A stretch of DNA of 64,000 nt from positions 79,980,001 through 80,044,000 of the forward strand of contig OX597816.1 of the NCBI GenBank assembly GCA_951406725.2, in the 5' to 3' direction. A program made the position numbers and the translations under genes. The notes under the pieces were generated by a model. It saw only the letters and a list, made by a program, of their open reading frames with translations. It was not told the DNA's origin and did not search any database. Origin of the DNA: Octopus vulgaris (Eukaryota). The first letter of the stretch is position 1. Each line of letters opens with the position of its first letter. This document shows positions 1 to 13,700 of the stretch, piece by piece.

Positions 1-506
1 GGAAGGGGCTATACCTTGGAAATCCACCGGCCCAATGGTTTCCCTTCTTGGCAGAGTTTATAGTCGAGACTATTTAAGCATTTTATCAGATCAAATTCAT
101 CCTATGGTTGCGGAACTGTTTCTGGAGGGAAACGCAATCTTTCAGGATGATAATGCAGCAATTCACACAGCTAAAGTTCTTACTGAATGGCACGAAGAAT
201 ATTCTAGTGAAGTTGAACATCTTATCAGGCCACTACAGTCCCCAGATCTCAATATTATTGAACATTTATGGTGCATTTTAGAAAAACAAGTAAGGAGTCG
301 ATATCCTCCACCATGATCACTACAAGAACTGGAGACTGTTTTAGCTGAAGAATGGACAACTATTCCTTTGGAAACAATTCAAACTTTCGACGAGTCCTTT
401 CCTCGTGGAATTCAAGCTGTAATTGCTGCTAAAGGCGGTCCTACCCCATATTAAAATAAATTTGTTTGAAATGTTAAGGTGTTTCCATTATTTTGTCCAA
501 CACCTA
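1..506 (+). mobile_element. Tc1-family DNA transposon, 3' part (transposase C-terminus + right TIR), degenerate
   Basis: ORF 35-316 has FQDDNAAIH...SPDLNIIEHLW (DD34E signature). Ends GTTTCCATTATTTTGTCCAACACCTA followed by TA. Same family as 18198-18566. Confidence 0.9.
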
Positions 507-712
507 TATATGAATGTGTCTTTGTATCTGTGCTTGACCCCACAGCACTGCTTGACAACCGGTGTTCGCATAAGAAACCAATAGAATAAGTACTCGGTAT
601 AAGAAAAGAATAAGTCCTGGGGTCGATTTGTTCGAGTAAAGCCCTTCAAAGCGATGCCCCAGCATGGCGATAGTCAAATGACTGAAGGGAATAAAAGATT
701 AAAGATATAAAA
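507..712 (+). mobile_element. SINE family A, 3' fragment (RTE-like tail)
   Basis: GCTTGACAACCGGTGTT...GGGGTCGATTTGTTCGA...CCCCAGCATGGC..AGTCAAATGACTGAA matches the tails of the full copies at 12470-12876 and 53305-53742. Confidence 0.75.
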
Positions 713-1400
713 AGCAAATTCAGAGGGCTTTTTTTTTTTTAATGTGAATCTTCTGATTATATTTTTTTTCATAAATATGTTCACACATTGCTGAATTCGA
801 AAATCTCTGGAATGAAATTTTCCATCTTTCATTCAGACGAAATATTACAAAATTTCACGTTTTTTTTTGCTTTTTTTTTATTTGAAGAAGCTGGTAATAA
901 TAATTATGAGGATAACCATCATCTCATCATCGTGATCATAATCTTCGTCGTCATGATCATCGTCAGGTGGCAGGAGAAGAAGAGAAGGAGGTGTGTTAAA
1001 CAAACATCAGTTAGTAGAAAATATATGATCTCTAGGTTCCAAAAGGAATTATTTAAGGCATATTTTATTCCATCATAAATACATAAATTTCAAAGTTAAT
1101 TTTCCTCGCCATGCATTTTGTTCTTTGTACGAACATCATCATCACTATGACCAACACCACCACCTCTAACAGCAACACCACTAACATCACCACCAACGTC
1201 ACGAATACTACTACTACTGCTACTGCTGCTGCTTCTACTGCTACTACTAAAACAAATATATTTCGTCATGTTTAATCTTACTTTAAAAACAAAATTATAT
1301 CTTACACATTATTTTGTATCAGTAGTTATAGCAACTGCTATTGCTCTCTAGCTTCCATTCTCTGTATCTTTCTAGACCTTTCTCTTACTCTCTCTCACTT

Positions 1401-1431
<31 letters not shown>

Positions 1432-2194
1432 ATACCTTTCTCCCTCTCTGTTTATCCCTCTCTGCTTTCTCTCTTTCTCTCTCCTTTTCTCCCTTTCTTT
1501 TTCTCCCTCTCTGCTTCTCTCTCCCCCTCTCTCTCTGTCTCTCTGTGTGTCTCTCCGCCTATCTATTTATTTACTTCTATCTATCAGTGCATCTACGTAT
1601 CTATCTATCTATCTATCTATTTTGCAACCTATCTCTATCATTCTATTTATCGAATGATCGATCTTTCTATTTATCGATTTGTCTATCTGTTTTTTAGTTT
1701 GTCTCTACCATTCGCCATTCTTTTTAATTCTTTTATTTCTTTCTTTTTTTCTATGTTAGTCGTACACCAAAGTGCCAATTGCTTAGAATTTACACAAACA
1801 TTCAGTTGACAACATGGCTTGGCGTGTTGTAATGGACATCCTTTCTATATTGTTTGCCTTCGACAACACTTCCGGCTGAAAGAAAAAAAAACGGTCGGTT
1901 TTATCTTCGTTGTTTCAACTAACGACCGTTACGCACATGCGCGTGCGAACATCACACGCACGCAAACAGACACCAAACACACACACATACACACACACAC
2001 ACACAATCTCCCCCTCTCTCTTTCTCACTCTAGCACTCTTTCTCTATCCCTCTTTCTCTCTTTAAACGTTGAACAATTCAGAAGCAACCGCATACGCTCA
2101 CGTACATGTAGAGTTGTAGTCTTATAGAAAGACAAAACAATACACGCGCACATGTACACACACATATCAACAGACACACACACACACACACACA

Positions 2195-2229
<35 letters not shown>

Positions 2230-2676
2230 TCTCTTTCTCTCTCTTACCCTTTCTCTCTCTCTCTCTCTTACCCTCTCTCTCTCTTACCCTCTCTCTCTCT
2301 CTCTCTCTCTTTATCCTTCTATCTCCTCTTTCTAGTTGCATATGCATGGACAGTTCACGAGTCGATTGTATATCGAACATGCAGAATACAGCAACAAAGC
2401 AAGCGTTATATTCAATGTGTGTGAATATGTATGTTTCTTTGTGTATGCACCAGTACACGTGCACATATACCACTGCATATATACGTGAGTGTAAGCACAA
2501 AAGAAAACGTATGTGCTTATATGCATGCATCTATGTATGCAAGTATGTATGAGTGTATACATTCAATGAATACACACACACACACATATATGTTTACGTA
2601 TGTACATACGTACCTATGTATGTATGTATATATGAACGTATGTATGTATACACTCACACACACACTTATGTGTGTG

Positions 2677-2715
<39 letters not shown>

Positions 2716-2719
2716 GAAT

Positions 2720-2942
2720 GCGCGTAGCTTAGTGGTTAGGGTGTCGGACTCATGATCGTAACATTGTGGTTTCGATTCCTGGATCAGGCAGCGCTCAAAG
2801 CACTTCAGCTTTTGTTGCTCCAGTCCACTCAGCTGATAACAATGCGTATTCCTGCGACGGACAGGCGTCCCATCAAAGTGGAGAATATATACGCCACAGA
2901 AACTAATCTTATGAATCTATATGGCTCGTGAAGGAACTTTAC
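2720..2942 (+). mobile_element. tRNA-derived SINE family C
   Basis: Pol III A box TAGCTTAGTGG and B box GTTTCGATTCC. Related copies at 33633-33870 and 34030-34245. Confidence 0.7.
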
Positions 2943-2946
2943 CCCC

Positions 2947-2989
<43 letters not shown>

Positions 2990-4809
2990 CACAGATGAGA
3001 TCAAGATATTCTCTGTATAGAATATACTTAGTACTGCTCATGAGATTTAAACTTGAGCATGCAGAGCCCCCAGAAACAGCTGTTGGATTTGTAATACTCT
3101 TCCTCCACCCCTTTAATTCTCTATTTCATATGTATTCTGTTTAAGTCAGGCCTTTTTGCTATACATATATACACATTGTTTTGTATTTCATGTATTTAAT
3201 ACATTTTATACATTGATCTGTCTAATTTGTTTCTCCCTACATTTACTTCTAAGCACACACACACACAAACACACACACGCGCGCGCGTGTGTGTATTAAT
3301 GTACGGAATATATATAAGCATATGCATATATAAAAACCATACAACATTGAAACTTTGAAGTATATAAAATTGTGCAAAATTTCTCTTTGTCTATTCACTT
3401 TATCCATTTATTTACCGCCCCAGTTCGCTCTTATTTACACACTCATACATCATATATGTATGTGTGCATTTATCATTTCTAACTGATGATTTATTATTAC
3501 ATAACTGCATATTTAACATTAGAAAAATCCCGAACTTTCAGTCGCGTCTTTAGTGATGTAGTAACAGAAATATTGACTCACGTAGTTTACGTTGTTGAAA
3601 GTAAAAAAGGTTAAACATTGCAAAATAACAAGTACTTAATTAGTGCGCTTACGTCTTTCCAAAGTTTCTATTGTAAATACAGAAGGGAACATCTGTTATA
3701 AAATGATGCTTTTGAATTTCAATAAGATTAATTGTCAATCCTTTGACGAACTATTTGTCTACAGAAGTTGCCTTTTAATTTCATATTTTCCTGCATTAAA
3801 CAATGTGGAGATAAGTATTTATTTGGACAGGGAATCTGTGCAAGTGATTTTCTCATGAAAAGAACGTGAGTGATGAAAGCCACTGATTATAGTGATGATC
3901 GATAACAACTTGCAATAAGATATGGCATCATGTAAATGGCTGTTCAAAGTTAAGAGGTTTTTTACGATACAGTTTAGATGATGTGTGCTGCTTCAATCAC
4001 CAAATTTTTGATATACAGATAAAACTTGAAAACTGATAATGAACTGCATTGAGAAAATAGCTTATAAAATTCGTAAAATAAAGATAAGTTCGTGTTTTGT
4101 GACGTGAGGAACGCTCTGGAGTTTACGTTCATAACGTTTCTTCTGAATATTGTGAAAGTTATAACTTTATATTTTTCTCTTTTATGTACTTTAGTGGTTA
4201 TGTCAACGACCTGATTCAACTCTCGTCAAATTGAATGCTGAATGTGTCGAAAAGCCGAAAGCACCAGTAAAGATATGGCTAATTTGAGACGTAAAAAAAT
4301 CCAACTGCAGATTACTCCAAATATCATAGAAGATAGCTTACAGTGATGAAATGTATTGCATCAAGAAGAAGCCAATGAAGAAGCCTCTACATGGTTGTTT
4401 GACTGCTAAAAATAATATCTAAATTTTTCTCAAATCACAGCCTACCGTCTTCGAAATTAGCTAAAACAGTTTGCATTGAAACGTAACACACTAAAAGTGA
4501 TGTTTCAATGCAAATAGAGTATAGTTGTGATTCAAATGCTTTCTAGAATATTATCGCTTCAAGTGAAAATTGAAAGCAAATGTAGGTAATCGAAATCTTA
4601 AATCGTTACAGAATTTACTTTGTTGTTCTTGGTCACTATATTAGTAATGTGCGCTGTGTAACAAGACTTTAGCTAAAAGTAGTTTTAATTCCAAAGACTT
4701 TGCCAATTCTTCGCTGAAGGTGTTTCATTTCACGCATGTAAATTATGGCCTTGGGAAATACATGAACATTACAGCATATTAGAGAGAAAGAGAGAGAGAC
4801 AGAGAGAGT

Positions 4810-7800
4810 ATTTCTTTATTCACCATAAGGTTGAGAAAAAGAGGGGACAAAACAAACGTTGGGATCAGGGTATCGAATGAGACGAAACGTATGAATAAAC
4901 AAACAATTAAAATTTATACAATTATATGAGAATGAGTGAATAACAAAAGATGAAGCGGAGGACGCGGTTGACCCCACAAACCACATACTCACACTAAAGA
5001 CTTTGCTTTCTCCTTTTTTACATTCTCGATTAAACAGGTTCTTTCACTCGCAACATACTTGCTATAGACTTCCATCTTTTACAAAACACACTTTGCGACA
5101 GGCATTTCTTCTCCAGCCTTATTTTCCGTTTCATGTGGAAAACGAAAAAGTCGATTAGCTCGAGACTGGAGATAAACATTGCAATTCCTTTTACTCTCGT
5201 CTTCCATACTACTTCTTTCGCCATAGCAACTACCGAGAGAAAACAGGCTCGCTCCTCCCTATTCAGGGAGTTCGGCGGAACTATCTTAATTACAGATTCG
5301 CTCGACAATTGAACTCTTCTCGAATGCGACAACAGGTGTTCGACATAAGCCCAGAGTTCAGTCACCTTCGGGCATTGTACAATCGCGTGCAGGACAGTTT
5401 CACTGTCCCTCTCACATCTTGCACAAACCGGCGAAGGTGCACACCCATGTCTAAAGAGCTTATCTCGAACCGGTAAAGCTCCTCTGTAACATTGCCAGGC
5501 CAGGGACTTTTGGTAATTATCCATAGGCCCCGGACCGAATGTTCTTTGGAACAGGCTGGCCAGTTGGTTTTCGTCGAAGCCCAGGGTTTCTCCCAAGACG
5601 TCGTCACACTTAAACTCTACTAACCCTCTATAGAAGAACGAGGTAGTACCCCCGCCACCGGCGTTGCCCGACTGGGATAGAAGCACGAGTGTCTGATGGC
5701 ACTCTACATACCACACGCCCAACCTCGGTCTACACTCGATCCATGGGTTCAGTTTGGTAAACGATGTGAACTGTGGAAATAATAGCTTGACGAACGGAGA
5801 CCACACCTGCTCACCGTCAAGGTAAAGCCAGAGGTGCCTAGGCCTGAGCGCATGTCTGCGCATTTTTAGCCACGGCATCCCTAACCCACCCTTCAGCGGC
5901 TTTTGACAGCAAATAGAGCGCCTTACAAGAGGTCTGCTGCCCCTCCACAAAAAGCGAAAGAACATGCGTTCCAGCTTGTTCAGCCACGAATCGGGGCAAG
6001 GCACGACGGTCAGGCGGTAAGTGATTACAGAGGCGATAAACACCTCTGCAACCTCCACCCTCCCTTTCAAGGACAGCTTTCGCTCAGACCAGGTCTGAGT
6101 TAGGAGAGCCACCTTTCTCGCCACCTCGCTTCAATTCTTCTCTATCTGGAGATCTGGACCTAACCGGATTTCAAGCATTTTCACCGGCCCTTCCGTCCAA
6201 CGTCCTACGACGCTGTCGGAAGACATCGACTTGCCCCTCCATGTGCCGAGTTGCAAGCCGACCGATTTATCCCGGTTGACTTTCGCTCCTTCCACCGCTT
6301 CGTAGACCCTTAAGGCCTCACCCACCCACTGTAGGTGCTCGACTCGGGAAACGATGATGGTGATGTCGTCCGCATACGCCGAAGCTGACTTTCCGCACCC
6401 TAGATCTTGCGGAGTGCCCCTCATAGTTTCCAACCTCCTCAGCAACGGCTCGAGGGCCAAAACGTAGAGAAGCGGGGAGAGAGGACACCCTTGACGTACC
6501 GAAAGTTCAATGCTGAACGGCTCCGAAAAGAAACCATTCACCCGAACTACCAATTCAATGTTGCTGTATAAAGAGTTGATCCATCCGCGGAAGGTCGGGC
6601 CGAAGCCAGCCGCCGTGATGACCGCCGCCAGATACTGATGGTCCACACTATCGAACGCTTTCGATTGGTCCAAGTGGACCATAGCCCCACCCTTGCCAGG
6701 AATCCTATTTACCCTTTCTAAGGCATAGCGTAGAAAGTGGAGATTGTCATGGATGGTCCTTCCAGGGATGGCGCAAGTTTGCGCCTCGCCAACAAGTTCA
6801 CCCACGACCTGCGCCAACCTTTTTGCTAAGACCTTGGCCAAACTCTTCAACTCTGCGTTAAGCAGAGTGATGGGCCGAAAATTACCAATTAAATCCCCCT
6901 TGTTTGGGTCCTTTCTTAACAGCGCTACCACCCCTCAGCTCACAGACTTAGGAATTCTCCCGTTCTGCTGCCAGTTAGTGTACTCGCATGCAAGTAGGTG
7001 CCCAAACAAGTCTGACATGCTACTATAGAGTTCGTAAGGCGATTTGTCCTCGCCGCAGTCTGCCAACATATCCTCGACTTCTTTGGCTGTGATCGGCGCC
7101 TCACAAGATTCCGTGTCCGGCCTCGATAGACGCGGCGAACCGGCTAGGAAGTCTGCGAGCTTCTCCCCGCGCTCCAGTCCGCCGCTCCTCCCGAATAGCT
7201 GGGCGAAATGATCGTGAAACACCTAGCACATCTCCTCGGGTTCGTTTACTAATCGAACATTTGGGCCCGTCAAAGATTGAATGGTTGAGTTGTTGCCACG
7301 CTGGCCCACTACCACTCGGGCCCATCCGGCTGCGTTGATCCCTTCCTGTCTCATTTCTCGGATCTTAGCCCTGACAATGCACCCTTCATGTTTAGCTTTG
7401 AGATGTTGGTCGAGTGCCAACCTCGCCGCTAACACTCATTGCCTCATCTTTTGCCTTAACTAGTTCCTTTTCTACTTTGTTTCTAGCACTAGCTAGTTCT
7501 TTGCTAAACCTAGTTGACTCAAATGTGATGGCTCTTTTCAGGGCGTACCACCATTTGTTGTTGATAATGGATCCGGTTAACGCCCTCATTACTAATTGTT
7601 TAATCCGATTCCTGTAGGCTTCACAGTCCAATAGTGACTTGTTTAGCTTCCAGTAACCTGTACTTCGTCTACACATGCTATCTATGTCGAGCGTACAGGT
7701 CACTCATTTGTGATCGCTGTAGCTGACGATATGGTGTTGTGGACAGCTAAGTATTTTCTTATCTTTCCTTCTAGTTATGATTCTATCTATGTAAGATCTG

Positions 7801-9030
7801 GACGACCCGTCGTTTCTTGCCCAGGTCCACGCTGGAGTGTCTGGGTGGTCCAGTCTGAATCGATCTGCCAATTCGAAACGACTTAGCAGATCGTTGAGGT
7901 GAGGTAATCCCCTCCTATTCTTTCTCGAGCCAACGTAATCTCCGCGTGCATCGCAAATTATGTTGAAGTCACCTAGCAATACTAACGTGTTCGATGTGCC
8001 AAGAAAATTCTCTTTCTGCCCGGCTTTTCCTTCGCAGGGAGCATAAACAGCGACCAGCCTGAACACTTTACCACTGCTGTGCGTCACATCCAAAACGACC
8101 AACCTGCCTTCCGGATCTATAAAGACGGTTCTAATCTCTAAATCCAGGTTTTTCCTGACCAGCACTGCCACTCCTCCGCTCCCTCTAGGTCGACAGGGAG
8201 AAACGTATTTCTCGTAGCCGTTTAGAAGGGGCGAAAATGCCTGCAGCCCACTCAGTCTGGATTCGGTAATTACCACTACATCCAAACGATACGACCTAAG
8301 GTCGTTAAGGAGGTAGCCTTGCTTCCAATACGACTCCAGGCCGCGAATATTTATACAACCGAGTTTAAACGAGAATGTGAAAAATTAGTCGAATGTTTAA
8401 AACTTACTGTTTTAACGGAAGAGAGGGTGTAGTTTCACCCTCCTCTTTTCTGTCTGTGAGTGTTGTGTTTTGCGAGGTCATTTTTTTTTCGCGAATTGCC
8501 TGTACAGATGGCTCGAAAAGTTCATCTGTAATGGACCGACGTCCTCCGTAAAAGATTTTTTTATTTCAAAATAGTCAGAGTTATCTATAGTATAAAATTC
8601 GACATTTTCAGAAATAGTATTATTTACATCTGTTGCGATATATTTTTTCGCCGATTTCATTAAAATAATTTTTTTCTCTTAATAGTTTATCATTTTTATT
8701 TATCGCCGTGAAGGTGTTTCTTTTTTTATGTTAGGAGGTAGTGGAGGGGTGTGTGTGTGTGTGTTTTTGTGGTGGTATGTGTGCTTGTAGAAGCGTGGGT
8801 GTTTGTAGGTGTGTGTGTGCTTGTGTGTGCTTTTTCCAGTGTGTGTGTTTTTTTAACTACGTGTGTGTTTGCGACTGTATTTGTGGGTGTGGGTGTGCTT
8901 GTCTGTCTCGGAGCATAGTCCTGTGTATCCAAAGAGGGTGGGTTTTTCCGTTTCCGTCTTCTTTTTGAAGGTTATATGGTGACCCACTCCTGGATGCTGT
9001 TGTTGTTGTTCTGAACTTCGGCAATTGGGG
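4810..9030 (-). mobile_element. L1/Tx1-clade non-LTR retrotransposon (ORF1 remnant + disrupted ORF2 + 3' UTR), 5'-truncated
   Basis: APE endonuclease (CINIRGL, VVVITES, VAVYAP, LGDFN, IDRI, SDHK), RT (NFRPITLLN, DQSKAFD, RQGCPLSP, YADD) and a C-terminal CxxC...HxxxxC motif. The 3' end AATAAAGAAA abuts a (TC)n run. The 5' boundary is approximate. Confidence 0.92.
5030..8372 (-). pseudogene. ORF2 (endonuclease + reverse transcriptase) of the Tx1-type LINE, with in-frame stops and a frameshift
   Basis: Collinear ORF pieces 7704-8285, 7392-7703, 7223-7435, 6935-7222, 6131-6931 and 5030-6124 are separated by stop codons, with one frame change near 7435. Confidence 0.9.
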
Positions 9031-10347
9031 TGCGCGACGTTACTGCTATTTCTAAATATAACAGCCAAATTTTCCTTGAAGTCCACCCATCTTAAAGAAA
9101 GTGAATTACACATAAGACAACGTTGTCCTTAAACAAGCAGAATAGTAACGGTTAGAATATTTTTGAACATAGATGTACTCTATCACAGTTGATCTGTAAA
9201 CGACAACAACATAACAGTTTCATTGCTACAGTAATTTAATTAAAAGTTTTACCTTTAACACAAGATCGAAATTAATAGGTATGAGGCATAACAGATTGAA
9301 TCAACAAGTATCTAATTGCTTGAACACTACTGGGGGCATATGGTTGGCATAAACAAACTTCCACAACTCACGGTAAATTAAGCTGAGTAGGTAAAATATG
9401 GTTATTAAAGATGTGAAGAAAATGCAACTCCACGTCATACTTCACATCTCGTGGGAGAAAAATAATGGCAATGAATTCTCATTGCGAACTGGAGGTTTGT
9501 AAAAAGGCTCTAAGCGCTAACAAATTACCTACTGACGGTAAAAGATAAAATTACTTCCTTCGTTACTTGGTTAAAGATCAGCCGTACATATTGTATGGAT
9601 GAGCCACTTAGGGAGTGTGCACGAGTTGACTTGCTACCAAATAAAAGCAAAAGTACCTTAAAAATCACAACCCACTGTCCTAGGAAGAAGAAAAACCATA
9701 CATGATAATGTAGCCCTAGAAACAGCTATGGTCACAGGTGGTCACAGTTGAAATGCTTTTGTTCATAGGTTTGCTCGGTTAAGGTTGACTTTGCAGTAAA
9801 AAACGAACAGTAAATTTAGAAGTTTGGTATTAGAGTAAAACTTTAATTTCCGATCTCCTCAGTTGTCAGTGGTTTTCTTGTGGTTCAATGTTACTTCACT
9901 CAGTCTAACTTATAAGGAACCTTCTGCAGAAAACTAGAACTCAAGAACCGAGCACCCAGCAAGTTTTAGTAAAGCAATTTCTATTCAGAATATGCTTTAC
10001 TTTCAGATTTGATAAGTCAGATGTTATTTTCAACTTAAGAAGTTGAACCTCCTTTAAGTTTTGTAAACTAACCTGAAAAGAACCTATTTCTGACTAGTAT
10101 TTTCAGAAAAGAAAATGAAAGACAGTAGGCTCAATGACATTACCAGGAACATTGAAAACAATGAACGAAGAGAATAATTTCTCTTCGAGAATTGAAAAAT
10201 CTACAAACCAGCGCACATTACTAATTGTAATGTTAATCGCAATGAAATGTTTTGACGATTAAATTCATCACAGTTTATTTCTAAAAACCATTTCATAGAT
10301 TCCTGTGGTGTAAATTACTGTCAAAAAATGTTTTCTTTAGTGATAAT

Positions 10348-10398
<51 letters not shown>

Positions 10399-10724
10399 AT
10401 ACATTATTGTGATGGATTTCTTTAAATAACTAAAATTATATAGAAGCAATGGTTCGTTTTTGACATTGCCGCAACACTGTTTTAGTTAATTTATTAAAGA
10501 TTATTTTTATATTTGTTTGCATATAGATATTGTAAATATGACATCAAATAATACAAAAAGAAGAGAATTAGCAAGCGGCAGTTACTAATAAAGTTGGAAA
10601 GGAATTGATAAACAATAAGGCAACATGAAACGGTATGTATGTATAGCGTTACATGTTGCTAGACAATAGAAAATCTTTGCATAATACAATTGTTTCGGCT
10701 GCTTCACTCATTACTTCCACACTG

Positions 10725-11235
<511 letters not shown>

Positions 11236-12187
11236 ATGTAAATACTCAGGATCGATGTTACAATACAATGTGCAGTGATAAAATGAAAATGGAAAAAAAA
11301 GCAGTGAAAAATAAAACATCACTAAATGAAGCAAATAGAGTTTGTGTGTTACGTTTGTGTGTAACGTTTGTGTGTATGTGTAATTAGTTAATCCCGTAGA
11401 AGTCATTGCTCTTAGTATTCTTAAGTTATTCTAGGTTCGGAGATAAGGAAAACTGAGTGAGTTTAATTGACATTGTCCTTATCAACCTGACGAGTTTTTA
11501 AATCTCTGTTCTTACTGGCTTCCAGGCAAATCAAGAATATTAACATATTAGTGTCTATTGAATCTTAAACGTTGTATTATGGAAGCTAAAACCTTGTACT
11601 GCTCATAGGATTAAGTTGTTGCCCAGCACAGTTCCAATCTAGCGTTGTCCCTCCAAAAGAAATCGTCTACTGATATACAGAGGTCAATATATTTGGAGCC
11701 AGTGATATTCCGAGTAATAAAAATAAGATCGCGTCATTTTATCTTGTTGTCCTGCACCTGATTTACGGGGTGAGTACTAAATATGTACTGAAACAGTAGG
11801 TTATACACCGATCAACTTCGTAGCACTTAACTAACATTACACTGAAAGCTTACACTTATGTCCGTTCAAGAAAATGTCGAAGTAAGTGGAATAATAAAAG
11901 AAAAACATAAAGCCTTTAAAATTTTGACTTCTGGCATACATACATCAATGTTTTCAATATGAACATCAATAATATCATCAAAATCATTATTGTCATCGTC
12001 GTAGTTGTCGTTGTAGCTGCCATTGTCGTTGTCATTGTCGTTGTCATCATAATCATCATCATCATCATCATTGCCATCAACATCGATAATATTTCATTAT
12101 GATCGCTATCATTCGCACTACAACTAGAAACGAAAAAGAGCAAACACTCACCGATCAGCACATATTGTGCTACCGACACAATCACAA

Positions 12188-12271
<84 letters not shown>

Positions 12272-12309
12272 TATATGCATATATATATATGTATGTATAT
12301 ATGTGTATA

Positions 12310-12363
<54 letters not shown>

Positions 12364-12371
12364 TACACATG

Positions 12372-12431
<60 letters not shown>

Positions 12432-12469
12432 TATACTTATATGTACACACACATACACACACACACATA

Positions 12470-12875
12470 TACTCTTTTACTCTTTTACTTGTTTCAGTCA
12501 TTTAACTGCGGCCATGCTGGAGCACCGCCTTTAATCGAGCAACTCGACCCCGGGACTTATTCTTTTGTAAGCCCAGTACTTATTCGATCGGTCTGTTTTG
12601 GCGAACCGCTAAGTAACGGGGACATAAACACACCAGCATCGGTTGTCAAGCAATGCTAGGGGGACAAACACACTCACACAAACACACACACGCATATATA
12701 TATATACATATATACGACGGACTTCTTTCAGTTTCCGTCTACCAAATCCACTCACAAGGCTTTGGTCGGCCCGAGGCTATAGTAGAAGACACTTGCCCAA
12801 GGTGCCACGCAGTGGGACTGAACCCGGAACCATGTGGCTGGTAAACAAGCTACTTAATACACAGCCACTCCTGCG

Positions 12876-12876
<1 letters not shown>
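12470..12876 (-). mobile_element. tRNA-derived SINE family A (octopus OR/OK-like), full length
   Basis: Minus-strand head GCGCAGGAGTGGCTGTG...GGTTCAGTCCC (A/B boxes), a central domain, and tail GCTCCAGCATGGCCGCAGT.AAATGACTGAAACAAGTAAAAG. The family name is recalled, not searched. Confidence 0.85.
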
Positions 12877-12947
<71 letters not shown>

Positions 12948-12975
12948 CATAGCATTTTCATACCGTTTTTTCCGA

Positions 12976-13049
12976 TGGCCGGATAACTGAAGAGATGGCG
13001 GCGTGGAATTCCACCCCGACATCCGAAACTCAGAGTTTTATCATGGCCA
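12976..13049 (+). ncRNA. Minimal type-I hammerhead ribozyme in a PLE-type terminal fragment
   Basis: gataa-CTGAAGA-[stem II gatg...catc]-c-GAAAC-tcaga-GTT-ttatc. Stem I extends via tggcc/ggcca. Second copy at 28028-28101. Confidence 0.7.
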
Positions 13050-13194
13050 CCGAATAATTGTCACATATTACATGTACAGACATATGTATGAATGTATGTA
13101 TGTATGTATGTACCGACATACATATATAAACGCATTTATGTACACACAAATATATGCGTGCGCGTGCTATTCTAATCTATCACGATATTATTAG

Positions 13195-13700
13195 CCTTCA
13201 TATTTGAGAGTGGTGAGGCTGAAAAAGTACCTTGGTTTTATCAAATTAATTTGTTGCCTGAATTCACGTGCAGACATAGCTAGTGTGAAGGAAATTGTTT
13301 GCATGTCATCTGCTAGTATTATTTCACGAATGCTACAGAGTCTTGTCTTTGAATTTGATTTCAGTTTGGACAGGTCAAATTGTTTAGCACCATGTCTTGT
13401 CAGTAGAAATACTCCCTTTTCTATGTTATTAAACACACCCTCGATAACAGCAGAAATATATATACTGAAGCAGCCAGAGGCCAACGCACTTTCTTGCTTA
13501 ATGCTGTTTGTAACTTCGAATGAGTCAGACATTTCATTGTCCATGCTAACATTAACATTCATACGCTGATGAAAAATCATCGGAAGTTCAATAAATCTAT
13601 GAGAACACCTTTAGTCTCTCATGACCTTCCATAACTTGTGCATGGAACAGAATATGCCAATGTCTGCTGTCTTCGTTGACTTTAAGGAAAGCATTTCACA
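13195..13700 (-). mobile_element. RTE-clade LINE reverse transcriptase fragment, degenerate
   Basis: FEVTNSIKQ..LAS..FSIYI...IREIILADD resembles RTE/Bov-B RT motifs. Confidence 0.7.

Noticed and set aside
2720-2790. tRNA-like A/B boxes (also in other SINE heads)
   Set aside because: There is no complete cloverleaf, and the boxes continue into SINE bodies, so these are not tRNA genes.
2985-3090. GAAACAGCTGTT palindrome preceded by hairpins and CAGATGA
   Set aside because: Probably a decayed hammerhead, but the core is mutated and stems I and II cannot be closed convincingly.
11916-12659. Many overlapping ORFs rich in YI/IY/CV/TH (also at 16.3-17.1, 31, 34.7, 37.4, 39, 42.6, 47.7, 55.5 and 59.6 kb)
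   Set aside because: These are translations of stop-free dinucleotide and tetranucleotide microsatellites, with no coding signal.
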